Shown here in pieces: positions 1-8,542 of a stretch of 64,000 nucleotides of DNA. The position numbers and the translations under genes are program-made. Positions within the stretch are counted from its first letter, which is position 1, and the number at the start of each line of letters is the position of its first letter. The notes beneath the pieces were generated by a model, which was not told the DNA's origin, searched no databases, and worked only from the letters and a program-made list of their open reading frames with translations. This stretch comes from Planctomycetota bacterium (lineage in GTDB: Bacteria > Planctomycetota > Planctomycetia > Pirellulales > Lacipirellulaceae): positions 186 through 64,185 of the forward strand of contig JBCCXZ010000014.1 of NCBI GenBank assembly GCA_039190745.1, read 5' to 3'.

Positions 1-207
1 CCGGGTGAGCTGCCGGAGGTGCCGACCGTCTCGGGGGTGTGGAGCACGGCGGACTGGCACGAGCGTGAGGCGTTCGACCTGTCGGGCGTGAGCTTTACGG
101 GCCACCCCAACCTGCGGCGGATCCTCTGCCCCGAAGACTGGGTCGGCCACCCGCTCCGCAAAGATTACGAAATGCCGCTGGAGTACCACGGCATCCGCGG
201 ACGCTAA
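1..207 (+). CDS. nuoC: NADH-quinone oxidoreductase subunit C, C-terminal fragment (gene starts upstream of window)
   Basis: Open frame from base 1; translation ...[43 protein letters not shown] is the conserved NuoC/30-kDa C-terminal block; sits directly upstream of nuoD. Confidence 0.85.
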   Translation, partial: PGELPEVPTVSGVWSTADWHEREAFDLSGVSFTGHPNLRRILCPEDWVGHPLRKDYEMPLEYHGIRGR

Positions 208-220
208 GTATTGCGCATTT

Positions 221-248
221 CGGAATGCGGAATGCGGATTGCGGATTG
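221..248. repeat. 7-bp tandem repeat x4 (CGGAATG CGGAATG CGGATTG CGGATTG) in nuoC-nuoD spacer
   Basis: Read directly from sequence at 221-248, starting 14 nt after the nuoC stop codon. Confidence 0.9.
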
Positions 249-317
249 GAGAAGACGCAGGACGCCGCTTCAAGACAACGGACCACTGACAACGGACGAC
301 GGACAAAGAGTTAAACC

Positions 318-1520
318 ATGGCCACAGTCGAAGACCCACGCGTCATTGAGTTCGACGTCCGCACCGACGAGATGCTCGTCAACATGGGCCCGCAGCACCC
401 GAGCACCCACGGCGTGCTGCGGCTGGTGCTGCGTACCGATGGCGAGATCGTCTCGGAGATCACGCCGCACGTGGGGTACCTGCACCGGTGTGCGGAGAAG
501 ATCGGCGAGAACCTCACCCCCCGGCAGTGGGTGCCGTACACCGACCGCATGGATTACCTCGCGGCGATGAACATGAACCTGGGCTGGGCCCTGACGGTCG
601 AGAAGCTGCTCAAGTTCAACCCGCCGGAGAAGGCTCGCCACCTGCGGGTGATTATCGCCGAGCTCGGCCGGATCGCGAGCCACCTGGTCGGCATGGGCAC
701 CTACGGGCTCGACCTGGGCAGCTTCAGCCCGTTTCTCTATGCGTTCCGCGAGCGTGAGAAGATCCTGGACCTCTTCGAGGAGGCCTGCGGCGCTCGGCTG
801 ACTTACAGCTACCTGACCGTAGGCGGGGCCACGGCCGACCTGCCCGTCGGTTGGACCGAGAAGTGCGAGGAGTTCCTCGACCAGTTCGAGCCGGTGATCC
901 AGGAGTACCACACGCTGCTGACAACCAACGCGATTTTTATCGCCCGCACGGCCGGGATCGGCGTGATGCCGGCCGCGATGGCGATCGACTACGGCTGCAC
1001 GGGCCCCGTGCTCCGCGGCAGCGGCGTCGATCACGACCTCCGTCGCGACGGCGAAGAGATTTACACCTCGATGTACGACGGGTACGCCTTCGAGGTGATC
1101 GTGGAGAAGGACGGCCACTACCCGAAAGACCACAACTACCCGGCCGTGCCCCAAGAGGCGGTGCTGGGCGACGGCTGGCACCGCTTCTATGTCCGCATGT
1201 TGGAAGTGATCCAGGCGATGGACCTCATCCGGCAGGGCATCGAGAATTACCGTTCCGCAACCGATGGCTACGGCGAGCCGCTGAAGCTGAACCAGAAGCT
1301 CCCCAAGGGCGAAGCGTACCTGGAGACCGAGTGCCCCCGGGGTCAGATGGGCTTCTACCTCGTGAGCGAAGGCGACTCGATCCCGTGGCGTGCCCGGGCG
1401 CGAAGCAGCTGCTTCTGCAACCTGTCTCCGATTACCGAGCTGGGCCGCAACTGCCTGATTGCCGACATCCCGGCGATCGTTGGCTCGCTCGATATCGTGA
1501 TGGGCGAGATCGACCGCTAG
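318..1520 (+). CDS. nuoD: NADH-quinone oxidoreductase subunit D (49-kDa subunit)
   Basis: 400 aa; GPQHPSTHGVLRL near N-terminus, CPRGQMGFYLVS, C-terminal SLDIVMGEIDR, all typical NuoD blocks. Confidence 0.95.
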   Translation: MATVEDPRVIEFDVRTDEMLVNMGPQHPSTHGVLRLVLRTDGEIVSEITPHVGYLHRCAEKIGENLTPRQWVPYTDRMDYLAAMNMNLGWALTVEKLLKFNPPEKARHLRVIIAELGRIASHLVGMGTYGLDLGSFSPFLYAFREREKILDLFEEACGARLTYSYLTVGGATADLPVGWTEKCEEFLDQFEPVIQEYHTLLTTNAIFIARTAGIGVMPAAMAIDYGCTGPVLRGSGVDHDLRRDGEEIYTSMYDGYAFEVIVEKDGHYPKDHNYPAVPQEAVLGDGWHRFYVRMLEVIQAMDLIRQGIENYRSATDGYGEPLKLNQKLPKGEAYLETECPRGQMGFYLVSEGDSIPWRARARSSCFCNLSPITELGRNCLIADIPAIVGSLDIVMGEIDR

Positions 1521-1798
1521 CGGTCGCGTGGGGTCGTTAGAATTGGCCGCGGCGGCTGCCTGCTTTTGCTCGAATTTCGCCGCCGGGGCTTGTGGGTCCG
1601 GGGGCCCTCGTGCAGAATTTCACAAACTCGGCGATAGCGTGGGTAAACGCCTGTGAGCGAAGCCCTTGCGGCCATCCCCGGCGGTTGCCAGGGCAACAAC
1701 GATCGCACGCCGCCGACCCATAGCAAAAGACATTAGCCGGCCTGTTTTCGGGATCTCTCGGGAGTAGAGAACAGGCCTGGTTCAGGAAGAAAACGCAC

Positions 1799-3025
1799 GT
1801 GGCGGTCTTCTTTCAGCAATTCATGTGGTCCTGGCTGGCGTACACCATCGCCGGGCTTATCCACATTGGCTTGATCATCAACCTGGTCGCGGTCGGCGCG
1901 CTCGTATTTATCTGGCTGGAGCGGAAGATCTCCGGCCGGATCCAAGACCGCCTCGGTCCAACGCGCACGGGCGGCAAGTTCGGCTGGCTGCAGACGCTCG
2001 CCGACGGTCTGAAGCTAATCACCAAGGAAGACCTCATGCCGGCGGGCGCCGACGGCATGCTGTTTAAGCTTGCGCCTTACGTGAGTTTCTGTGCGGCGAT
2101 CGCCGCGTTCATCGCGATCCCGTTCGCCGGCGGCGACTACCCGTGGATTGCTCAGCACATCAACGCGGGCGTGTTCTTTGTTCTGGCGGTGCTGGGGCTG
2201 GAGGTGTTCGGCGTGATCCTCGCCGGGTATTCGTCCGCCTCGAAGTGGTCGCTCTTCGGGGCGATGCGTGAGGCCGCTCAGGTGGTCAGCTACGAGGTGC
2301 CGCTCGGCATGTGTGCCGTGGTGCCGGTGCTGCTGGCGGGCTCGATGGACATGGTGGTGATCGGCGACAAGCAAGCCGGTCTGTTCACCAACTGGTACGT
2401 CTTCAACGACCCGTTCACGTTCATCATTTTCTGGGTCTACTTCACCTGCGCAACCGCCAGCGTGAACCGGGCCCCGTTCGACCTCGCGGAGGCCGAGAGC
2501 GAGCTGGTCGCAGGCTTCCACACCGAATACTCCGGGCTCCGGTGGAGCTTCTTCTTCATGGCCGAGTACGGCTCGATGTTCTCGGTGAGTCTGCTCGCGG
2601 CGATCCTGTTCCTGGGAGGCTGGAACGGCCCGATCCCGATCGCCTCGATGCTGGGGCTCACCTCGGAAAACCACGCCGTCCTCGGCTACCTCGGCAGCCT
2701 GCTGGGGCTGATGAACGTCATCGGCAAGGCCGTGATCGGCGTGTGCGTGATGATGTGGATCCGCTGGACCGTGCCGCGGCTGCGGATCGACCAGGTGATG
2801 ACGACCTGCCTGAAATACTGCACGCCGATCGCCGCGGCGATGTTCCTCGGCGCCACGGTCTGGCGTTTAGGCCTGCCCGGCAAGAATTTCTTTGGCCTGC
2901 AGAATTCCCCCGCCTCGGTGTACGAAGTCAGCGAAGGCTGGGAACGCATCGCCGAACCCGCGGCCGAGAGCGAGGAACCGATCATCGCCGCACTGCCGGG
3001 ACGCACCGCTGAGGGGGCACAATAA
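1799..3025 (+). CDS. nuoH: NADH-quinone oxidoreductase subunit H, with ~60-aa non-membrane acidic C-terminal extension
   Basis: 408 aa; WLERKISGRIQDRLGPTR and EAESELVAGFHTEYSG motifs of NuoH/ND1; polytopic hydrophobic profile; GTG start. Confidence 0.95.
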   Translation: MAVFFQQFMWSWLAYTIAGLIHIGLIINLVAVGALVFIWLERKISGRIQDRLGPTRTGGKFGWLQTLADGLKLITKEDLMPAGADGMLFKLAPYVSFCAAIAAFIAIPFAGGDYPWIAQHINAGVFFVLAVLGLEVFGVILAGYSSASKWSLFGAMREAAQVVSYEVPLGMCAVVPVLLAGSMDMVVIGDKQAGLFTNWYVFNDPFTFIIFWVYFTCATASVNRAPFDLAEAESELVAGFHTEYSGLRWSFFFMAEYGSMFSVSLLAAILFLGGWNGPIPIASMLGLTSENHAVLGYLGSLLGLMNVIGKAVIGVCVMMWIRWTVPRLRIDQVMTTCLKYCTPIAAAMFLGATVWRLGLPGKNFFGLQNSPASVYEVSEGWERIAEPAAESEEPIIAALPGRTAEGAQ

Positions 3026-3027
3026 TA

Positions 3028-3627
3028 ATGGAAGAAGGCATTTACTGGCCGACGTTTTTCTTCCTGCTCTCCAGCGCGGTGGCGTGCTTCTTCGCGTTCA
3101 TGGTGCTGGTGTCGACCAACATCGTGCGGATGGCGTTTTACCTCGTGCTCTCCCTCGCGGCGACCTCGGGGTTGTTCTTCCTGGCGGGGCAGGACTTCGT
3201 GGGCGCCATGCAGTTAATGATTTACGTCGGCGGCACGCTGGTGCTGCTGATCTTCGGCGTGATGCTTACTTCGCAAGAGCGTTTCGTTCGCATGCACACC
3301 TCGGGCGGCGACTGGGTGCTTTCGCTGCTGGTCGGCGGCGGTTTGTGTGCGGTGCTCGTGCTCACCGCGTTGGGGGTGCCCGAGTGGCAGGCCCCCGAAC
3401 GGGCGGCCGTTGAAGCGATCGCATTGGAGAACACGGCCACTCCCATCGGCATGGGCCTGTTGGGGGCGCGTGTTGATACGCTCAGCGTCGAAGACGAAGT
3501 GCAGCGCGGCGGTATGGGCGGCTACTTGCTGTTCTTCGAGATCGTCTCGGTCCACTTGCTCGTGGTGCTCGTCGGCGCCGCGTATCTTGCCCGAGCCAAA
3601 CGCAAACAAGCCGTCGCCACTAGCTAG
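3028..3627 (+). CDS. nuoJ: NADH-quinone oxidoreductase subunit J
   Basis: 199 aa; hydrophobic N-terminal helices, MQLMIYVGGTLVLLIFGVML block typical of NuoJ/ND6; starts 3 nt after nuoH stop and lies upstream of nuoK. Confidence 0.88.
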   Translation: MEEGIYWPTFFFLLSSAVACFFAFMVLVSTNIVRMAFYLVLSLAATSGLFFLAGQDFVGAMQLMIYVGGTLVLLIFGVMLTSQERFVRMHTSGGDWVLSLLVGGGLCAVLVLTALGVPEWQAPERAAVEAIALENTATPIGMGLLGARVDTLSVEDEVQRGGMGGYLLFFEIVSVHLLVVLVGAAYLARAKRKQAVATS

Positions 3628-3646
3628 ATAAGGTTAAGGGACCGCC

Positions 3647-4003
3647 GTGTCGCCGATCTTCGCCAGCCTGCTTACTGAGCCCGTCGGTGTGTTCCACTAC
3701 ATCGCCGTGGGGGCGTTCCTGTTCACCTGCGGCGTCCTCTGCATGGCCACCAAGCGGAACGCCCTGGGCGTGCTGATGGGCATCGAGCTGGTGCTTAACG
3801 GGGCCAACCTCAACTTCATTGCCTTCGGCAGCAAGTACCTCGCCGGCGGCGACGCGCCGCTCGGGCTCGACGGCCCGCTGATCGCGCTGTTTGTGATCGT
3901 GCTCGCTGCGGCCGAGGCGGCCGTGGCGCTCGCCATCGCCCTGAACTTCTACAACAACTTCGACTCGATCGACATCGACCGCGCCGAACAACTGCAAGGC
4001 TGA
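3647..4003 (+). CDS. nuoK: NADH-quinone oxidoreductase subunit K
   Basis: 118 aa, three TM helices, GIELVLNGANLNFIAF and AAAEAAVALAIALN blocks typical of NuoK/ND4L. Confidence 0.9.
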   Translation: MSPIFASLLTEPVGVFHYIAVGAFLFTCGVLCMATKRNALGVLMGIELVLNGANLNFIAFGSKYLAGGDAPLGLDGPLIALFVIVLAAAEAAVALAIALNFYNNFDSIDIDRAEQLQG

Positions 4004-4055
4004 TCAACGTCGGGGCCCGCTCGGCCGCAGGCAGCAAACCGACGCGAAACAACGC

Positions 4056-6536
4056 ATGGAATCTACCGCTACCAACGCCCTGGACCTCCTGCCGCTGCTG
4101 CTCTGCGGCGCGTGGCTGACGCCGCTGGCGTCGTTCGTGGCGATCCTGTTCTTCGGCAAGCACATGGGCGCCCACGGCAAGACGGCCGGGCTGGTCGCCA
4201 CCGGGGCGATCGGCTTCTCGTTCTTGCTGAGCTGCATCGCCCTGTTCGGCGTTTGGCTGCCCGAGCACCCGCTCTCAGGCGGTCACGGCCACGGCGGCGA
4301 GCACTCCGAGGAGCACCACGGCGAAGAACACGGAGACGAGCACGGAGACGGCTCGCACGCGGCCCTTGGCGGGTCGCCTTACCAGCTCACTGCCCTCGCG
4401 GGCGGGGGAGACGGCCACGGCGATCACGCCAACAACCCCGCACCGCCGCACATCAACGGCGAGTGGTACTCGCTGGGTGAGTTCGGCGACCTGAAGCTGA
4501 CGATCGGCTACTACATCGACTCGCTGACCGTTCTGATGTTCTGCATGGTGACGCTGATCGCCACGTGCGTGCACCTGTACGCCACGGGGTACATGCACGA
4601 CGAGCTGCACGACTTCACCGACCCGGAGGTGACGCTCGACAACGGCGAGCTGCTCACCCGCCCGGGCCGCTACTGGCGGTTCTTCCAATACCTGTCGCTG
4701 TTCTGCTTCAGCATGCTGGGCATCGTGATCGCCGGCAACATCGCGATGGTGTTCGTCTTTTGGGAGCTGGTAGGTATTTGCTCCTACTTCCTGATCGGCT
4801 TCTATGTTGAGCGGAAGAGCGCCTCGACCGCCGCGAACAAAGCGTTCATCGTCAACCGCGTCGGCGACTTCGGCATGCTGATCGGCTTGATGGCCTTGTG
4901 GTCGAGCCTGGGCACGTTCTCGTTCGGCGACTTGAAGAACGCCGAGGGCGAGGTGGTTGAGCAGGGTATGTTCAGCCAGCTCCGCACGGAGGAGAACGAT
5001 TACAAGCTCGTGCCGACCGAGTCGATGGCCGTCGAGCAGGCCCGCCTCTCCAGCGATTCTGAAGGCGAGGAAGCGGCCGAAGGCGAGGCCGCCGAAGCCA
5101 CCGAAGAGGATGCGACCGAAGAGACTGACAAGAGCGGCCAGTGGCTGCTGTTCATCGCGGGCGTGGGCATCTTCTGCGGCTGCGTGGGCAAGAGTGCCCA
5201 GTTCCCGCTGCACGTCTGGTTGCCCGACGCGATGGAGGGGCCGACGCCCGTCTCCGCGCTGGTGCACTCCGCGACGATGGTTGCGGCGGGCGTCTACCTG
5301 GTGGGTCGGTTCTTCCCGGTGTTCTCGCCCGAGGCGTTGCTGGTGATCGCCTACGTGGGCTGCATCACGCTGTTCCTTGCGGCGACGATCGCCATCACGG
5401 CCACCGACATTAAGCGTGTGCTCGCGTATTCCACTGTCAGCCAGCTCGGCTACATGATGCTCGCCCTGGGCCTCGGCGCCTGGACGGCGGGCATCTTCCA
5501 CCTGATTACGCACGCCTTCTTCAAGGGCCTCTTGTTCATGTGCTCGGGGTCGGTGATCCACGCCGTGCACACGAACGAGATGACTGAGATGGGCGGTTTG
5601 CGGAAGAAGATGCCGATTACCGCCTACACGATGCTCGTCGGATGCCTGGCGATCATCGGCGCGGGCATCCCGCTCACGAAGATCGGCCTGAGCGGCTACT
5701 ACTCGAAGGACGCGATCATCGAGCAGGCGTTCAGCTTCTTCGGCGAGAACCCCGGCCACTCGCTGCTGCTGGTCGCCCCGGTGATCGGCGCCATGATCAC
5801 GGCGTTCTACATGTTCCGGTTGTGGTACATGACGTTCTGCGGCGAGCCACGCGACGCGCACCGCTACGACCACGCCCACGAGTCGCCCTCGTCGATGACG
5901 ACGCCGCTCTTGATTATGTCGTTCTTCGCGATCGCGGTTGGCTGGCCGTTCTTGGGGCTGGTCGACCTGCTAGAGCAGGGCCGCCCGATCGGCACGCAGG
6001 CGACCACGCAGGGCGTGTTGCTGCCATCGCTGGTGCTGCCCGACGAGCACCTCAGCCACTTGGAGCCGATCAAGACACAAGCCGGCCTGACGGCGTTCAC
6101 CGCCGCGGCGGCGGGGTTGCTGCTGGCGACCGTGATCTACCTCTGGCGGGCCCTGAACCCGGCCGAGATCAAGCAGACATTCACGCCGCTCTACCGGGCG
6201 TTGTGGAACAAGTGGTGGTTCGACGAGCTGTACCACGTGGTGTTTACCTTGCCGACGCTAGCGCTGGGCAAGGTCATCGCGGCGATCGACAAAAACCTGA
6301 TCGACGGCCTGATCCACGCCTCCGCCCGCGGGTCGCGCGGGGTCTCGAAGGTGGTGGAGCTCGTGTTCGATCGGACGGTGATCGACGGCTCGGTGAACGC
6401 TTTCGCCCGCGGCACCTGGGACGTCGGCGTCTGGCTGAAGCGGATCCAGACCGGCAGCCTGCGGCAGTACGTCATGTTCATCGCGGTGGGGACGCTGTTC
6501 GTGTACCTCGCCGCGACGGTGGTGTGGCTCTCGTAG
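4056..6536 (+). CDS. nuoL: NADH-quinone oxidoreductase subunit L (oversized, 826 aa, His-rich and acidic inserts)
   Basis: WELVGICSYFLIGF, KSAQFPLHVWLPDAMEGPTPVSALVHSATMVAAGVYL, C-terminal lateral-helix region; antiporter-like fold signature. Confidence 0.92.
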   Translation: MESTATNALDLLPLLLCGAWLTPLASFVAILFFGKHMGAHGKTAGLVATGAIGFSFLLSCIALFGVWLPEHPLSGGHGHGGEHSEEHHGEEHGDEHGDGSHAALGGSPYQLTALAGGGDGHGDHANNPAPPHINGEWYSLGEFGDLKLTIGYYIDSLTVLMFCMVTLIATCVHLYATGYMHDELHDFTDPEVTLDNGELLTRPGRYWRFFQYLSLFCFSMLGIVIAGNIAMVFVFWELVGICSYFLIGFYVERKSASTAANKAFIVNRVGDFGMLIGLMALWSSLGTFSFGDLKNAEGEVVEQGMFSQLRTEENDYKLVPTESMAVEQARLSSDSEGEEAAEGEAAEATEEDATEETDKSGQWLLFIAGVGIFCGCVGKSAQFPLHVWLPDAMEGPTPVSALVHSATMVAAGVYLVGRFFPVFSPEALLVIAYVGCITLFLAATIAITATDIKRVLAYSTVSQLGYMMLALGLGAWTAGIFHLITHAFFKGLLFMCSGSVIHAVHTNEMTEMGGLRKKMPITAYTMLVGCLAIIGAGIPLTKIGLSGYYSKDAIIEQAFSFFGENPGHSLLLVAPVIGAMITAFYMFRLWYMTFCGEPRDAHRYDHAHESPSSMTTPLLIMSFFAIAVGWPFLGLVDLLEQGRPIGTQATTQGVLLPSLVLPDEHLSHLEPIKTQAGLTAFTAAAAGLLLATVIYLWRALNPAEIKQTFTPLYRALWNKWWFDELYHVVFTLPTLALGKVIAAIDKNLIDGLIHASARGSRGVSKVVELVFDRTVIDGSVNAFARGTWDVGVWLKRIQTGSLRQYVMFIAVGTLFVYLAATVVWLS

Positions 6537-6624
6537 CGGAACCGGCAGCAAACAAACCTGAAGCATCAACAATCAACCGCCGGGCCCATGCCCGCGGCAC
6601 GAACTAAACAGCGAGCGTGAGAGT

Positions 6625-8436
6625 ATGTCCCTGAACGACCCCGCGGCATTCTTGAGCCTGTTGGTCTTCCTCCCGGCATTGGTGGCCCTGGTGCTTGCCG
6701 TGACTCCCCGCTGGAGCGACGAGGCGACCAAGTTCGTCTCGCTCGGCACGACCTTTGTGACGTTCCTGCTCTCGCTGTTCTTGTTCCGCAGCGACATCGG
6801 GCCCGAGTTCGAGGCGGGCGTCGCCGAGATGCAGGCGATGTTTGCCGTGGACTGGATCCCCTCGTTCGGCGTCCAGTACCTGATGGGCCTGGACGGCATC
6901 AGTTTCCCGCTGGTGATCCTCACCTCGTTCCTCAGCGTGCTGGCGATGGCCGCGAGCTGGCCGATCCAGAAGAACGTCAAAGCCTACTGCGTGCTCTACC
7001 TGCTGCTGGTCACCGGCATGCTGGGCGTGTTCATGGCCCTGGACTTCTTCCTGTTCTACGTCTTCTTCGAGGTGATGCTCCTGCCGATGTACTTCCTCAT
7101 CGGCGTCTGGGGCGGGCCCCGGCGTGAGTACGCGGCGATCAAGTTCTTCCTCTACACGCTGCTAGGCAGCGTGCTGATGCTGATCGCGATCCTGATGCTC
7201 TACTTCAACAGCGACCTGACGCGGCTCGACGCGCAGCAGTTGGCCGACTCGGGCGTGTTCCCGGTCGCCGCGGAGCAGTCGGCCGACGAGGCGATGGCCG
7301 CCTGGTTGGAGAGCGATTCGGTGCTGGCCGCCGACTACGCCGCCGGCAAAGAGGCGGGCCGCGAGGTGCACACGTTCAACATCCTGGCCCTGCAGCAGCT
7401 GGGGCAGGACGCCGACTTCAGCGGCTTCGACAAGGAGGCCCTGTTCGGCAAGAGCATCCAGTGGTGGGCCTTCGTGCTGCTGTTTATCGGCTTCATTATC
7501 AAGGTGCCCAGCGTGCCGTTCCACACGTGGCTCCCGGACGCCCACGTCGAGGCGCCGACGCCGATCTCGATGATCCTGGCCGGCATCCTGCTGAAGCTGG
7601 GCGGCTACGGCATCATCCGCATCTGCTACCCGATCTGCCCGGCCGCGGGGTTTGAGCTCGCCAACGTCGTCTGCGGCATCGGCGTGGTCAGCATGGTCTA
7701 CGGCGCCTTCGCGGCCCTGGCTCAGAAGGACTTCAAGCGGATGGTGGCTTACAGCTCGGTGAGCCATATGGGCTACGTCGTGCTCGGGCTGGGCGTGTGG
7801 AGCGCCAACGCCGGCACTGAGTACAACCCCGACTACTGGAAGATGGGCGTCAACGGCGCTATGTTCCAGATGATCGCGCACGGCATCAGTTCGGCCGGCA
7901 TGTTCTTCATGGTCGGCGTCGTCTACGACCGGGTGCACCACCGCAACCTCGAAGAGTTCGGCGGTCTGTTCGGCAAGATGCCGCTCTACACGGGCATGGC
8001 GATCGCGTTGTTCTTTGCCGGCCTGGGCCTGCCCGGTTTGTGCGGGTTCATCGGCGAGGTGTTCGTCGTGCTCTCGGTCTGGAAGTACAGCTACGTGCTT
8101 GCGGTGATCTCCGCTTTTGTGGTTATCCTGACGGCCGGGTATATCCTGTGGGCCATTCAGCGGGTGTACCTCGGCGCCGAGTACAAGGGCCCGCACGGCG
8201 ACGCCCTGACCCCGATGACCATGCGAGAGACGGCCATCGGCGCCCCGCTGGTCGCTCTGGCGATTGTCTTCGGCGTCTACCCGCGGGCGATCCTGGATTA
8301 CATGCAGCCTTCGGTTGACCGGCAGGTCGAGCAACTCGCCGCGTGGACCGAGGGGTATGAGGACCGGCTGAAGACCACGCGGGCGATCATCGACGAAGAC
8401 GACCAGATGGCCTCCGCGCGGCCTACGGTCAACTAA
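6625..8436 (+). CDS. nuoM: NADH-quinone oxidoreductase subunit M (603 aa, with ~85-aa insert)
   Basis: GLDGISFPLVILT, VPSVPFHTWLPDAHVEAPTPISMILAGILLKLGGYG, VAYSSVSHMGYV blocks typical of NuoM/ND4. Confidence 0.92.
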   Translation: MSLNDPAAFLSLLVFLPALVALVLAVTPRWSDEATKFVSLGTTFVTFLLSLFLFRSDIGPEFEAGVAEMQAMFAVDWIPSFGVQYLMGLDGISFPLVILTSFLSVLAMAASWPIQKNVKAYCVLYLLLVTGMLGVFMALDFFLFYVFFEVMLLPMYFLIGVWGGPRREYAAIKFFLYTLLGSVLMLIAILMLYFNSDLTRLDAQQLADSGVFPVAAEQSADEAMAAWLESDSVLAADYAAGKEAGREVHTFNILALQQLGQDADFSGFDKEALFGKSIQWWAFVLLFIGFIIKVPSVPFHTWLPDAHVEAPTPISMILAGILLKLGGYGIIRICYPICPAAGFELANVVCGIGVVSMVYGAFAALAQKDFKRMVAYSSVSHMGYVVLGLGVWSANAGTEYNPDYWKMGVNGAMFQMIAHGISSAGMFFMVGVVYDRVHHRNLEEFGGLFGKMPLYTGMAIALFFAGLGLPGLCGFIGEVFVVLSVWKYSYVLAVISAFVVILTAGYILWAIQRVYLGAEYKGPHGDALTPMTMRETAIGAPLVALAIVFGVYPRAILDYMQPSVDRQVEQLAAWTEGYEDRLKTTRAIIDEDDQMASARPTVN

Positions 8437-8485
8437 CGAACCCAGTTAACGAACCCAGTTAACGAACTCAGTTAACGAACTCAGT
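8434..8485. repeat. 13-bp tandem repeat x4 (TAACGAACCCAGT x2, TAACGAACTCAGT x2) beginning with the nuoM stop codon
   Basis: Units at 8434-8446, 8447-8459, 8460-8472 and 8473-8485, read directly. The first TAA is the nuoM stop; the 13-nt period puts a TAA in all three frames. Confidence 0.95.
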
Positions 8486-8542
8486 CGCGGCCCGGCGCAC
8501 ACCAAAACCTCCCAAGCAACTCAAGCGGCAAGCCCCCCACTC

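Noticed and set aside
270-1181. Long antisense or alternative-frame ORFs overlapping confident genes. Examples: 270..1181(-), 851..1540(+), 2015..2674(-), 4275..5879(-), 5642..6607(+), 7162..8334(-), 9307..10563(+), 10737..11420(-), 14405..15421(+), 16404..17648(+), 21269..22168(-), 51125..52336(+), 59209..60279(-), 61231..62220(-), 62270..62986(-), 62398..63255(+).
   Set aside because: Their translations are Arg/Gly/Ala/Pro/His-rich with no motifs, and each lies opposite or out of frame with a gene that has clear family signatures. This is the expected stop-codon-poor shadow ORF artefact of GC-rich DNA.
1517-1726. 69-aa minus-strand ORF in the nuoD-nuoH gap, considered as a possible remnant of nuoE/F/G or nuoI.
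   Set aside because: It has no Fe-S Cys motifs or NuoE/F/G/I-like blocks, and it is Arg/Pro-rich. It is most likely non-coding spacer.
8434-8485. Possibility that the tandem repeats (here, 221-248, 14304-14398, 55910-55951, 39076-39133) represent a CRISPR array.
   Set aside because: The units are only 7-15 bp and directly abutting, with no unique spacers of about 30 bp, and no cas genes are in the window.
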